From Haliotis cracherodii (lineage: Eukaryota): a DNA stretch of 64,000 bases. Where the stretch lies: positions 2,108,001 through 2,172,000 of the forward strand of contig NW_027266280.1 of NCBI RefSeq assembly GCF_022045235.1. The letters are read 5' to 3'. Below, in pieces: positions 39,868-51,882 of this stretch (within the stretch, counting starts at the first letter, position 1; every line of letters starts with the position of its first letter). The notes under the pieces are model-generated. The model saw nothing but the letters and a program-made list of their open reading frames with translations, was not told where the DNA came from and searched no databases. Both the position numbers and the translations under genes were made by a program.

Positions 39868-40020
39868 CTCTCGGCGGGGACGCTTTCTACTAGGGGCATC
39901 GTCATCATCGTCATCATCGTCTTCGTCGCTGCTGTCTGTTAACGCCCGTTTGCTGCTGCGACTGATGAACTGAGGAGGAGACTTTGGGATGATGGTAGCT
40001 CGCACTTGAGGCAGAACTCT
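39868..40020 (-). CDS. KDM2: KDM2 exon 14 (internal via weak donor, or terminal reading to TAA at 39838)
   Basis: tttttcag|RVLPQVRATIIPK...DDDDAPSRKRPRRE; donor GAG|GTAGTC is weak. Confidence 0.65.
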
Positions 40021-40327
40021 CTGAAAAAATAGGTCATGGGGAGTTTCTAAGCAGTTCAAATCAAATCAAAGATTTATTCATTGCACGACAGGCCTCATGA
40101 CCAAATACACTTTCGTACAATTCTACATTTGGACACAATCACATAGTATTAATGTTACATGAGCTACAAAGATTTCACTTCATCAGTTGTAAAATTAAAA
40201 CATGGGACATATACAAATTGACATGACGTTGTATGGTTTATCTTTTGATGTAAAAAGCTTCACAAATGTATTGAATTTGCAGTTTGATAATAAAGTTCTT
40301 AGATCTCTGTACTGTTTGTCTCCTTGT

Positions 40328-40555
40328 CAGCAATATTCCAGCTATATGATGGCGGTCGGTAAATAATCGAGTCTGGACCAGAAAATCCAGTGATTCACAT
40401 CATGAGCATCAATCTACTCACTTAGGGTACAATGACACATCAACCAACTCAGCGAGCCTGACAACCCCTTCACGTTAGACGTCTCTTACAACAAGCATAG
40501 TCGCCTTTTACAGCAAGCACGGGTTGCTGAGGACCAATTCTAACCCGGACATTCA
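40328..40555 (-). mobile_element. SINE-like family 2
   Basis: Reverse complement of the 56688-56950 copy. Confidence 0.8.
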
Positions 40556-40664
40556 AAGGTCTCTCAACACTGCCTATCAGTGGTATTTATTCCCAGGGGA
40601 TGGAAGAACATACAAAACTGGTGAGGAATTGACTATGCATGTCTCCTGCTTGGCTATTAAAGTA

Positions 40665-40973
40665 CCGTATTTGCCTTAAAAAAGCACCCTGGTCACCTAG
40701 AAAATTGACAAAGGGTCACTTAAAACCATACACAGATTGAGTGGTGAACAAACCTAGCTCAAACATCCATGAAACTAACACCTTTTGGATAAGTTACCAG
40801 GCAACCATACCCCTTCAGCGCTTCTGTTTTCTGTAAAACAATGTGTAATATACAAAAGTATCTATGGACTGTAATGTCTGAGTAGGGGGCGCTTATAAAG
40901 ATTATATACATGTTGGTCCAGAAGTAGAGCGAAGGCACTCATTGGAGCATTGTGCTTAATATGGCAAATACGG
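40665..40973. mobile_element. Tc1/mariner-type MITE
   Basis: TIR CCGTATTTGCC/GGCAAATACGG flanked by TA on both sides. Confidence 0.75.
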
Positions 40974-41045
40974 TATTTGTCTAACAACCCATACATCAAC
41001 GGCATGCAGACCTCAAGTCTCAGATGTTTCCAGCATGCATCTTAC

Positions 41046-41393
41046 CTTGACTGTGTCAGACGATTGCAGACGTCTCACATGCTTCAGTCTGTCTCTCTTC
41101 AGTGCCCTCTGTTGGCTAACTCGATGTTGGACAAGTTTCTCTCGTTTTATGAGTTTGGGTGGTGTGGGAATGGGTGTTGGGGAGGGCGTGGGTTTCGGGG
41201 GAGCTGGTGTTTCCTTGGACGTGACCCTCTTTCCCTCGACGGCCTTCACTGGCGCCATCTTTGTGTTGTTATTGTCCAAGGTCACCTCCAACTCGACCTC
41301 CTCCTCCTTTACGTCAAGGTCACCCACACTGCTGGCGGACGACCGTCTACTGTCAATTCCTTTAGGTCGGCCGATTGGTTTAGGTGTTTTAGG
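41046..41393 (-). CDS. KDM2: KDM2 exon 13 (low-complexity linker)
   Basis: PKTPKPIGRPKG...SSDTVK; donor AAG|GTAAGA; only in-frame acceptor found is tttaag. Confidence 0.72.
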
Positions 41394-41735
41394 CTTAAAT
41401 CAAAATACAACCCTTTACAACTCTAGCAGCTGAATACAACACTTACAAACTCAAAACAGCCATGTTTAAAAACAATTATACAATATTTTCAAGTTTCTTG
41501 GATAACACAATTACCATGAAACACACCCTCCATGTTCACTGACCATCATGAAGTTTCTCTCACAATTTACTGAATTTCCCCCATATTTTTTCACCCCATC
41601 AGAAATGTATCCCCTGTAACTACACTTGTTGAGAGTTACCTACCTTGAGCTGGGTCCATTTTCTTTTGTTATAACGCATGATCAGAATTACCTCCCTTGA
41701 GCTTCCCGTTTGCCCTCATTACAAGACTTGGGGAA

Positions 41736-41900
41736 TGAGTGAGTGAGAATGGTTTTACGCCGCTTTTAGCAATATTCCAGCAATATCACGGCGGGGGACA
41801 CCAGAAATGAGCTTCACACATTGTACCCATGTCGGGAATCGAACCCGGGTCTTCGGCTTGACGAGCTAACGCTTTAACCACTAGGCTACCCGCCCGCCCC
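41736..41900 (-). mobile_element. SINE family 1
   Basis: Full-length reverse copy. Confidence 0.9.
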
Positions 41901-41922
41901 TGACTTGGTGAGAATTACCTAC

Positions 41923-42168
41923 CTTGAGCTGCCCCTGTTTTCCTTCGTTACAACACTTGGCGCACTCCCAGCTGTTGGGGAGGTCCTCATTGACAATGCC
42001 ATCACTGTCGAGAGAGTCGTGCTTCTCCTTGAGACAGGCGGGATGGACGATCTCCCAGCAGAGGCTGCACTCCATGACCACTGTCTCCATCTCATCCGGG
42101 TTGTCCTCACTCGCCATCTTGCCGTCCTTCTCACAGATGCAGCAGGTGACAGTGTGCGGCAACACAGG
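41923..42168 (-). CDS. KDM2: KDM2 exon 12 (PHD finger)
   Basis: PVLPHTVTCCIC...MECSLCWEIVHPACL...NEDLPNSWECAKC. Confidence 0.95.
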
Positions 42169-42383
42169 CTGCCAACAGCAGAGATGTGAATATCAGTCCA
42201 TATCAAGGGCCAACTTTCAGGAAGTTGAAAAAACAGATTGTGTTCGTAAAAGTGTAACCTTTACACAGGCTGTATTAACAGCTTTCATCTTATGATACAC
42301 TAATACACAAAAACATGTTGGAAACAGAAGAACAGAGAGTGTCATCATTCTTAAATGCTCTGCCAAATGTAAAAGATATTGTT

Positions 42384-42732
42384 GGGACTGAACTTAGAGG
42401 GGACTGAACTTAGAGGGGACTGAACTCCAGGGGACTGAACTCTGGGGGACTGAACTTAGGGGGGACTGAATTTAGGGGGGACTGAACTCCGAGGGACTGA
42501 ACTCTGGGGGACTGAATTTAGGGGACTGAATTTTGGGGGGACTGAATTTAGGGGGGAATGAATTTAGGGGGACTGAATTTAGGGGGGACTGAATTTAGGG
42601 GGGACTGAATTTAGGGGGGACTGAACTTTGGGGGACTGAAATTTGGGGGACTGAACTCTGGGGGACTGAACTCTGGGGGACTGAACTCTGGGGGACTGAA
42701 CTCTGGGGGACTGAACTCAGAGGACTGAACTA
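42384..42732. repeat. 14-15-bp G-rich minisatellite
   Basis: GGGGGACTGAA(C/T)T(C/T)N repeated ~23 times. Confidence 0.92.
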
Positions 42733-42755
42733 GGGAGTGTGGGGGGGGGACTTAC

Positions 42756-42983
42756 CGCCATACACTTCCTGCTGATACAGGACTGCTTCATCCTGCCAGG
42801 GCCACCGAACTTGCGCATGTCTTTACAGAAGTTGCATTCCCCGCAGTCGGACCTCGTACATGCCTCGCACTTCTTGCACCTTGTGCGTCGCCGCCGGTTT
42901 CCAGACGCCACTTTGTTCGCTGTGCTGCCTTTTGGTGTCTTCCCTCCTACGTACGTCGTCGTTGTCTTCAGCTTCTTCACTTT
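42756..42983 (-). CDS. KDM2: KDM2 exon 11 (CXXC zinc finger)
   Basis: [45 protein letters not shown] with KFGG motif. Confidence 0.96.
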
Positions 42984-43084
42984 CTGGGGAGCAGGGAAAC
43001 AAAGAAGGAGTGAAAGAATGAATGATTGTCACAACCAAAACATCAGTTCCATATAATAACAACAACAATAACCAACAACAACAA

Positions 43085-43945
43085 TAACAAGCATGAAATA
43101 CTCACATCCCCCGCCAATATGACATGTCGGGTGTGTGCAATGCATTAGCACCTGTGAACTACGTTCACTGGGCCTTTTTGTAAAGAAATATAGTACGGTT
43201 TTCAAGATCTGCTCCGGAAACAAGGACTACCTCCATTTTCAGTCTAAATCAAAGTCGTTGCAATGGAAACTCGAAAAATAACTTTTTTTAAAATCCCAAA
43301 CTATCCAAAGGCACCAGTTCACCACTAGACCTATCTATGTGCAAAATATGGTGAAGAAAAATGGTACGGTTTTCGAGATCTGCTCCAGAAACGAGGACAA
43401 CTGCCATTTTCAGTCTAAATCAAAGTCGTTGCAATGGAAACTCGAAAAATACTTTTTTTAAAATCCCAAACTATCAAAAGGCACCAGTTCACCACTAGAC
43501 CTATCTATGTGCCAAGTATGACGAAGAAATATGGTACGGTTTTCAAGATCTGCTCTCGAAACGAGGACTACTGCCATTTTCAGTCTAAATCAAAGTTGTT
43601 GCAATGGAAACTCGAAAAATAACTTTTTTAAAAATCCCAAACTATCCAAAGGCACCAGTTCACCACTAAATCTATCTATGTGCCAAGTCTGGTGAAGAAA
43701 TATGGTACGGTTTTCAAGATCTGCTTCGGAAACGAGGACTACCTCCATTTTCAGTCTAAATCAAAGTTGTTGCAATGGAAACTCGAAAAATAACTTTTTT
43801 TAAAATCCCAAACTATCAAAAGGCACCAGTTCACCACTAGATCTATCTATGTGCCAAGTTTGGTGAAGAAATATGGTACGGTTTTCAAGATCTGCTCCGG
43901 AAACGAGGACTACCGCCATTTTCAGTCTAAATCAAAGTCGTTACC
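43085..43945. mobile_element. Helentron/HINE-like element with ~171-bp internal tandem repeats (~4.5 copies)
   Basis: Repeat core (AAAGGCACCAGTTCA..CTCCGGAAACGA..CATGGAAAC) shared with 48325-48900, 49560-49870 and 61640-62070. Confidence 0.65.
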
Positions 43946-44292
43946 ACTGAATCCTACTGGGTACCCATTCACTGCTGGGTAAGCAGAGGCACGTGCCTAA
44001 AGAGACACCACATGTCCTACATGTGCTAGAGTGTGGGGCAGGAATGAAGACCTGGAAACTCTCCGGAGTTATGCCGCCAATGGCAGTCACCCCTCAAATT
44101 ATTGTGACCTGTGTGCTGTGCACAGGACCATGTGCCACCACTAGTCTTGACTACAGGTGAGACAAATGCTTGGATAACCTCGGAGTAACAGTGTTAAATG
44201 TTGCTGATGTTGGCGGCAATTGGGCCAACAATGCCCTGGAGTTGGAGGATGGCAGGACAGAGAGTTGACATTGACAGACAGGGACTCAGTAC

Positions 44293-44376
44293 CTTGGTGG
44301 TTTCCGGCACCCAGCACGTGGGCTCTCCACTTGCCGCCGCCTTCGTGTTGTCGTATTTGTGATCTGCCAGAAGTTG
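44293..44376 (-). CDS. KDM2: KDM2 exon 10
   Basis: QLLADHKYDNTKAAASGEPTCWVPETTK; 84 nt, AG/GT sites. Confidence 0.8.
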
Positions 44377-44784
44377 CTGCAATAGAAGTGGCACCGGAGG
44401 TGTTATAACATGCAGCACCACTGTACCAGACTGTTGGATATATATAACAATTATACCAGACACATTGTTCTCCTACAGCTTTATAGGAGAATAATCCACG
44501 TCATGTAATTATTTTGTGAATTTCTTTACATGTGTGAATCTACACACACACACAGGTACATGTAATAATGTAATATATGTAATGTAATCGGACTGTCTTT
44601 TTTCCTATTGATCAAAAACATAATGGCTACACTGTGAAGGAAGTCCATGGCAATTGTAGAACCAACAACAATAGATGTACGTTTTGGTCAGTGAGTGAGT
44701 TAAGTTTGAGAATTTAAGAAATATTATATACAAAACCTATTATATATTAAACATAGACGTGAAACCCACTATCATAGTTTAGAA

Positions 44785-47420
44785 TTCTAGAACCCACAAT
44801 CGTAGGCTTCTAGAACCCACAATCATAGGTTTCTAGAACCCTCAATCATAGGTTTCTAGAACCCACAATCATAGGTTTCTAGAACCCACAATCATAGGCT
44901 TCCAGAACCCACAATCATAGGCTTCCAGAACCCACAATCATAGGCTTCTAGAACCCACAATCATAGGTTTCTAGAACCCACAATCATAGGTTTCTAGAAC
45001 CCACAATCATAGGCTTCTAGAACCCACAATCATAGGCTTCTAGAACCCACAATCATAGGTTTCTAGAACCCACAATCATAGGCTTCCAGAACCCACAATC
45101 ATAGGCTTCTAGAACCCACAATCATAGGCTTCTAGAACCCACAATCATAGGTTTCTAGAACCCACAATCATAGGCTTCTAGAACCCACAATCATAGGTTT
45201 CTAGAACCCACAATCATAGGCTTCTAGAACCCACAATCATAGGTTTCTAGAACCCACAATCATAGGCTTCTAGAACCCACAATCATAGGTTTCTAGAACC
45301 CACAATCACAGATTTCTAGAACCCACAATCATAGGCTTCTAGAACCCACAATCATAGGTTTCTAGAACCCACAATCATAGGCTTCTAGAACCCACAATCA
45401 TAGGTTTCTAGAACCCACAATCATAGGCTTCTAGAACCCACAATCATAGGTTTCTAGAACCCACAATCACAGATTTCTAGAACCCACAATCATAGGCTTC
45501 TAGAACCCACAATCATAGGTTTCTAGAACCCACAATCATAGGCTTCTAGAACCCACAATCATAGGCTTCTAGAACCCACAATCACAGATTTCTAGAACCC
45601 ACAATCATAGGCTTCTAGAACCCACAATCATAGGCTTCTTGAACCCACAATCATAGGCTTCCAGAACCCACAATCACAGATTTCTAGAACCCACAATCAT
45701 AGGTTTCCAGAACCCACAATCATAGGCTTCTAGAACCCACAATCATAGGCTTCCAGAACCCACAATCACAGATTTCTAGAACCCACAATCATAGGCTTCT
45801 AGAACCCACAATCATAGGCTTCTAGAACCCACAATCATAGGTTTCTAGAACCCACAATCACAGATTTCTAGAACCCACAATCATAGGCTTCTAGAACCCA
45901 CAATCATAGGTTTCTAGAACCCACAATCATAGGCTTCTAGAACCCACAATCATAGGCTTCTAGAACCCACAATCACAGATTTCTAGAACCCACAATCATA
46001 GGCTTCTAGAACCCACAATCATAGGCTTCTAGAACCCACAATCATAGGCTTCCAGAACCCACAATCACAGATTTCTAGAACCCACAATCATAGGTTTCCA
46101 GAACCCACAATCATAGGCTTCTAGAACCCACAATCATAGGCTTCCAGAACCCACAATCACAGATTTCTAGAACCCACAATCATAGGCTTCTAGAACCCAC
46201 AATCATAGGCTTCTAGAACCCACAATCATAGGCTTCTTGAACCCACAATCATAGATAGGCTTCTAGAACCCACAATCATAGGCTTCTAGAACCAACAATC
46301 ATAGAAAGGCTTCTAGAACCCACAATCATAGGTTTCTAGCACCCACAATCATGTTTCTAGAAACCCACAATCAGAGGTTTCTAGAACCCACAATCATTGG
46401 TTTCTAGAACCCACAATCATAGGTTTCTAGAACCCACAATCATAGGCTTCAAGAACCCACAATCATAGGTTTCCAGAACCCACAATCATAGATTTCTAGA
46501 ACCACAATCATAGGTTTCTAGAACCCACAATCAAAGGCTTTAGAACCCACAATCATAGGCTTCTAGAACCCACAATCATAGGTTTCCAGAACCCACAATC
46601 ATAGGTTTCTAGCACCCACAATCATAGTTTTCTAGAACCCACAATCATAGGTTTCTAGAACCCTCAATCATAGGTTTCAAGAACCCACAATCATAGATTT
46701 CAAGCACCCACAATCATAGGCTTCTAGAACCCACAATCATAGGTTTCTAGAACCCTCAATCATAGGTTTCTAGAACCCACAATCATAGATTTCAAGCACC
46801 CACAATCATAGGCTTCTAGAACCCACAATCATAGGTTTCTAGAACCCTCAATCATAGGTTTCTAGAACCCACAATCATAGGTTTCTAGAACCCACAATCA
46901 TAGGTTTCAAGCACCCACAATCATAGGCTTCTAGAACCAGCAATCATAGGCTTCTAGAACCCACAATCATAGGCTTCTAGAACCCACAATCATAGGCTTC
47001 TAGAACCAGCAATCATAGGCTTCTAGAACCCACAATCATACTCATAGGCTTCTAGAACCCATAATCACAGCTTTCTAGAACCCACAATCATAGGCTTCTA
47101 GAACCCACAATCATAGACTTCAAGAACCCACAATCATAGACTTCTAGAACCCACAATCATAGGCTTCAAGAACCCACAATCATAGATTTCAAGCACCCAC
47201 AATCATAGGCTTCTAGAACCCACAATCATAGGCTTCAAGAACCAACAATCATACGCTTCTAGAACCCACAATCATAGGCTTCTTGAACCCACAATCATAG
47301 GCTTCTAGAACCCACAATCATAGGCTTCTTGAACCCACAATCATAGGCTTCTAGAACCCACAATCATAGGTTTCTAGAACCCACAATCATAGGTTTCTAG
47401 AACCCACAATCATAGCCTTC
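44785..47420. repeat. 23-bp minisatellite, ~114 copies, inside a SINE family 3 remnant
   Basis: Unit TAGAACCCACAATCATAGG(C/T)TTC. Confidence 0.96.
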
Positions 47421-47521
47421 TAGTACATCAAAGGGACACAACTCTTCAAAGCAAACTGCGCCGCCTTCAACAACGAGGCAACTCGTTCCTGCCAAAAACA
47501 GCCCCAAGTTTCATATCTCAC

Positions 47522-48115
47522 CCTAACATCCCTTATCACCGCGTCGGGATCCAGGAGATCTTTGGGAACCCCCCGTTTGTTAAGTGGTAAGTTCTCCACC
47601 TTCTCCACCAGCTTGGCAAGTCCGTCCAACTCATACTTGGTCAAATGTATCCACCGCCTCCCACCATCACTACTTCTCTTGTCCATGTCACCATTTTCAG
47701 CAAAACCATTTTCAGAATGCACCGAGTCCGTTGATAATTTCCGAACTGATCTTGAATTCCTCAACGATTCGTCATCACTTTGTGATTTCTTGATCCCAGA
47801 ATCATCAATTCTAGTAAGCGGGATGGTGATGCTCTTTGACAGCTTCTGTTCTTCATCCTTCTCCAGCTTGATCTTTGAAAAGTCCACCGGTGAATGTTCC
47901 TCTGGGTTCCGGGATGGCGGTCGGGAGTCGGGGTTCCGGGAAGGTGGCCGGGAATCATCGCTGGTGAAGAAGGATCCCGGAGACTCTGGCTGCTCATCGA
48001 GGTCGATCTTCTCGGGTTTTTTCAGGTACGATTTCTTGCCCACACATTCCACGTAGCGAGTCAACACGTACCACATGATCTCGTTGTAAAATGGATATCG
48101 GAATTTCTGTGGAAC
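47522..48115 (-). CDS. KDM2: KDM2 exon 9
   Basis: VPQKFRYPFYNEIMWYVLTRY...IHLTKYELDGLAKLVEKVENLPLNKRGVPKDLLDPDAVIRDVR; 594 nt, phase 0/0. Confidence 0.92.
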
Positions 48116-48324
48116 CTGATAGGGGAAAACATATCATGATTAAAGCATCATTAACGGGGTTGGTGATAATCTTGACATATATTTCTACGGGGTTCACGTG
48201 CTGACATATTTACAGGAAAATAGGTAGGTGGGGGTGGGGGGTGGGTGGGTGAGGGGGTGGTGGTGAGGGTGGGAAGCAATTAAAATTTTGTTTTTGATTT
48301 GTGCCACTACAGGTGAGCTGGTAT

Positions 48325-48900
48325 AAAACAAGAGTCATCAGAAAGATGACATATCCCCCCGGCAGCTGTCTGTAAAGTAACCACTAGTAAATGTGCAATT
48401 CTCTATGTAATGAGTCAACAGTTGAATGTTCTTTAAGAAGCATACATTGTTTACCCACTGAATGGTTTTCGAATTCTGGCCCGGAAACGAACCCGTTCCC
48501 CAATGGAGTCTAGGTCCAACTTCTTTCCATAAAAATTGTAAAAAATAAAGATTCGTAATTTTTTTTTATCAAAATGCACCACTGCAGTATGTTTCTGATA
48601 GATTTGCCAAGTTTCGATCAAATACACTGAATGGTTTTGGAATTCTACCCCGGAAACAAACCCCATCCCTAATTGAGTCTATGTCCAACTTCATTCCATA
48701 AAAATTTAAAAAAAAAAAAATTAGAAAAATCCCAAAATATCAATTGGCACCACTTCAGTATGTGCCTGATAGATTTGCCAAGTTTCGATCAAAAACACTG
48801 AATGGTTTTGGAATTCTGCCCCGGAAACGAACCCCATCCCCAATTGAGTCTATGTCCAACTTCATTCCATAAAACTTTATATGCCGGGGGGGGTAAAAAA
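48325..48900. mobile_element. Helentron/HINE-like element
   Basis: AACAAGAG start, inverted CCCCCCGGCA/TGCCGGGGGG, internal ~175-bp repeats. Confidence 0.6.
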
Positions 48901-49087
48901 GGTATAATGTGAGACGAGATTCTGCATGCTCCATACACCAAGGAGGCAGTCTCACCTAGCTTTAATCTTTAAACTTAATGACTAAAAAAAATGGCATTGA
49001 CATAATCCATGTACATGTTTCTATCAAATCAGCTTAATTATTCAAACACCAATACTCATCTATAAAATTGATAAAATTTGTGATTTA

Positions 49088-49264
<177 letters not shown>

Positions 49265-50526
49265 TTAGGAAAAGCAGGTAAGTTGTTTGTTTGTTGTTTA
49301 ACACCACACTCAGCAATATTCCAGCTACAGGACAGGAAACTATGTCAAGTACATGAAGTGACCCGGTCAGTAACAGTGTTATACCATGTTTTTTTGTTTT
49401 GTTTGTTTTTTGGTTAACGCTGCACTCAGCAATATTCCAGCTATATGACGGCAGTCTGTAAATAATTAAGTCTGTGCCAGACAATCCAGTGATTAACATC
49501 ATTAGCATCAATCCATAAATACTAGTCGTGAAAATATCAACTGGTTATGCTAACGGCATAACAACCCCCATTTTCAGGTCAAAGTCAAAGTTGTTGCAGT
49601 TGAAATTAAAGATAAACCACTAGACCTATCTATATATGTGCCAAGTTTGGTGAAGAAGTATTGTGCAGTTTTCACGATCTGCTCTGGAAACGAGACAATC
49701 ATCATTTTCAGTCTGAGTCATAAGTTATTGCCATGGAAACTCGAAAAATAGATTTTTTAAAAATCCCAAATTATCAAAAAGCACCAGTTCACCACTTGAC
49801 CTATAATGTGCCAAGTTTGGATAAAAATACAGTACAGGATTCCTGATGTTCACAAAATGTGTCTGACAGTGGCCGTGACGTCTCATAGACTAGGGTAAGA
49901 GTAGCTTCCCTTTGACAAAGGGCAGTTACTCTAGCAGACAGACCGATGGATTGCCGTGAAAGGCAATTAAAAACAATAAATATTGTTGTTTTGCGTATAT
50001 GTTGCTTCGCCACTAGATAAGAAACAGATTTCAGTTGGAACTATATTGGCTACTGTCACTGTCCGACTGACACATCACTTACCCTATTACGTAATAAATA
50101 TTAATGCGCGCATTCCAGGAAAACTCGCAAAGTTTCGGTAATGTTTGTGAGAGAGAGAAAGCGATTTTGAAGCACAGAATTAAAGAATGACATTATATGA
50201 TAAAGAGGTTATCAAGCTTGTGTGTTTGGGGATGGTAAATATCCTGTATTAGTAATAAACACTATGTATTTAGCTCGCCAAACACACTCGCGTGGGTACA
50301 GGCTACATATTCTGCCTCCAGATGAACAACTTGGCTTTTATGCCACTTTTAGAATATTCCGCTATAAAGTACACCACAAACAGGCTTCACACATTGTACC
50401 CATTTTGGGAATCAAACCTGGTCCTATGGGGTGATGAGCAAACCCTTCAACCACCAGGCTACCCCACCGCACCTCACAGGGAGACAAGATTCCAACACAC
50501 ACCATGACCCCAACATATTCTCTGAC

Positions 50527-50774
50527 CTGAAGGAATGATGAATGTATCGCCGGCCTGGAGATGGATCTTCTGACATTCCGACACCTGGTCCGGGAGAAAT
50601 ATGTCCCCTTGTTTGGCGGACAGCACCCAGTTTTCGTACAGCTCCACGTTAGCCTCTGTCGGGGGGATGAGCCAGAATATCTTCTCTCCATGGAGGATGT
50701 GGTACCACACCGAGGTGCCGCCGAAGTCGATGTGGAAGTCCGTGTAGCACCCCGCCACACTCATCAAGCAGTAC
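50527..50774 (-). CDS. KDM2: KDM2 exon 7 (JmjC core, HxD iron ligands)
   Basis: [39 protein letters not shown]...TFIIPS(G); ends phase 1. Confidence 0.96.
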
Positions 50775-51144
50775 CTGTGGGAGGTGACAAGAGTGAGTGA
50801 GTGAGTGAGTGAGTGAGTGAGTGAGTGAGTGAGTGAGTGGGTGAGTTGGTGAGAGTGAGCGGGCAAGAGAGAGAGAGATAGAGAGCGAATTGGGTTTATT
50901 GCTGATTTGAACAATATTTCAGTTATATGATGGCGTTGATTCGGGATGCAAGTTGTGACGTTTACCAAATAGGGTGAAACACTTGAGCATGGGTATGGTG
51001 CTGACAAACCTTGAAACATAATCAAAGTGAACCAAAACCTACGACTCAAACCTACGATCATAGCAGCGTGCAACTTTTCATATTTTTTAATTCATCCTCT
51101 TACTTGGAGAGACCCACAGAATAGAAAATGAAAAGAAGACACTA

Positions 51145-51660
51145 TAAGTTGTAGCAGGATCACTCACGGGAACATGGGGTTGTATGCGCTATGCGTCTTG
51201 CCTCCGGATCGAGGTATAAAACCTAACACAGGAAGCATATAACCCCCGTGTGCCCCTCATGATCCTGCTGCAATGAATTTATCTCACCTACATGTTTAAA
51301 TGTGACATTGTAAAAGAATTAACAAAAATTCAAAATTGATAGAAAACAACTTGTGCTATGTCACGTGACTTCCAGTGACTCAGAAAAAGTGTGTAGCGTT
51401 TTGCTTTTGCTTTGAAGTGGGGTATAAGGGATTCATTCTGCCTCTCAGGTCTATGTGCAGCCTGTATTGCTCATGGCGGGGTATAAGGGATTCATTCTGC
51501 CTCTCAGATCTATGTCCAGCCTGTATTGCTCATAGCGGGGTATAAGAGATTTATTCCCTCACTGAGAAATTAAGTACCCTCCAAGGTGGGTTACACAGTA
51601 TTTTATCAAGATCACATGGACCAACAGATCTCATGATTCTGACATGGAGGTGAGATAAAG
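51145..51660. mobile_element. MITE-like repeat (copy of 440-812)
   Basis: Direct sequence similarity. Confidence 0.7.
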
Positions 51661-51775
51661 CATTTTTATTTGTTTTGTCATCATCAACCCCAATAATGGT
51701 TTTAACCCTTTGAATACAGAATGCATGGACCTTATCATTGCTTATGGAGACTGAGTATGCTGTGATGGGTCTTAC

Positions 51776-51882
51776 TTCTGAACTTTAGGGTACTTCATCT
51801 TCTCTATGATGTTGGTAGATTCTGTCTGGCAGTCCTTGAGATGTCTCGGCCACACTCGGTCCACCCAGTCGACCTGCCTCAC
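51776..51882 (-). CDS. KDM2: KDM2 exon 6 (JmjC)
   Basis: [36 protein letters not shown]. Confidence 0.95.
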
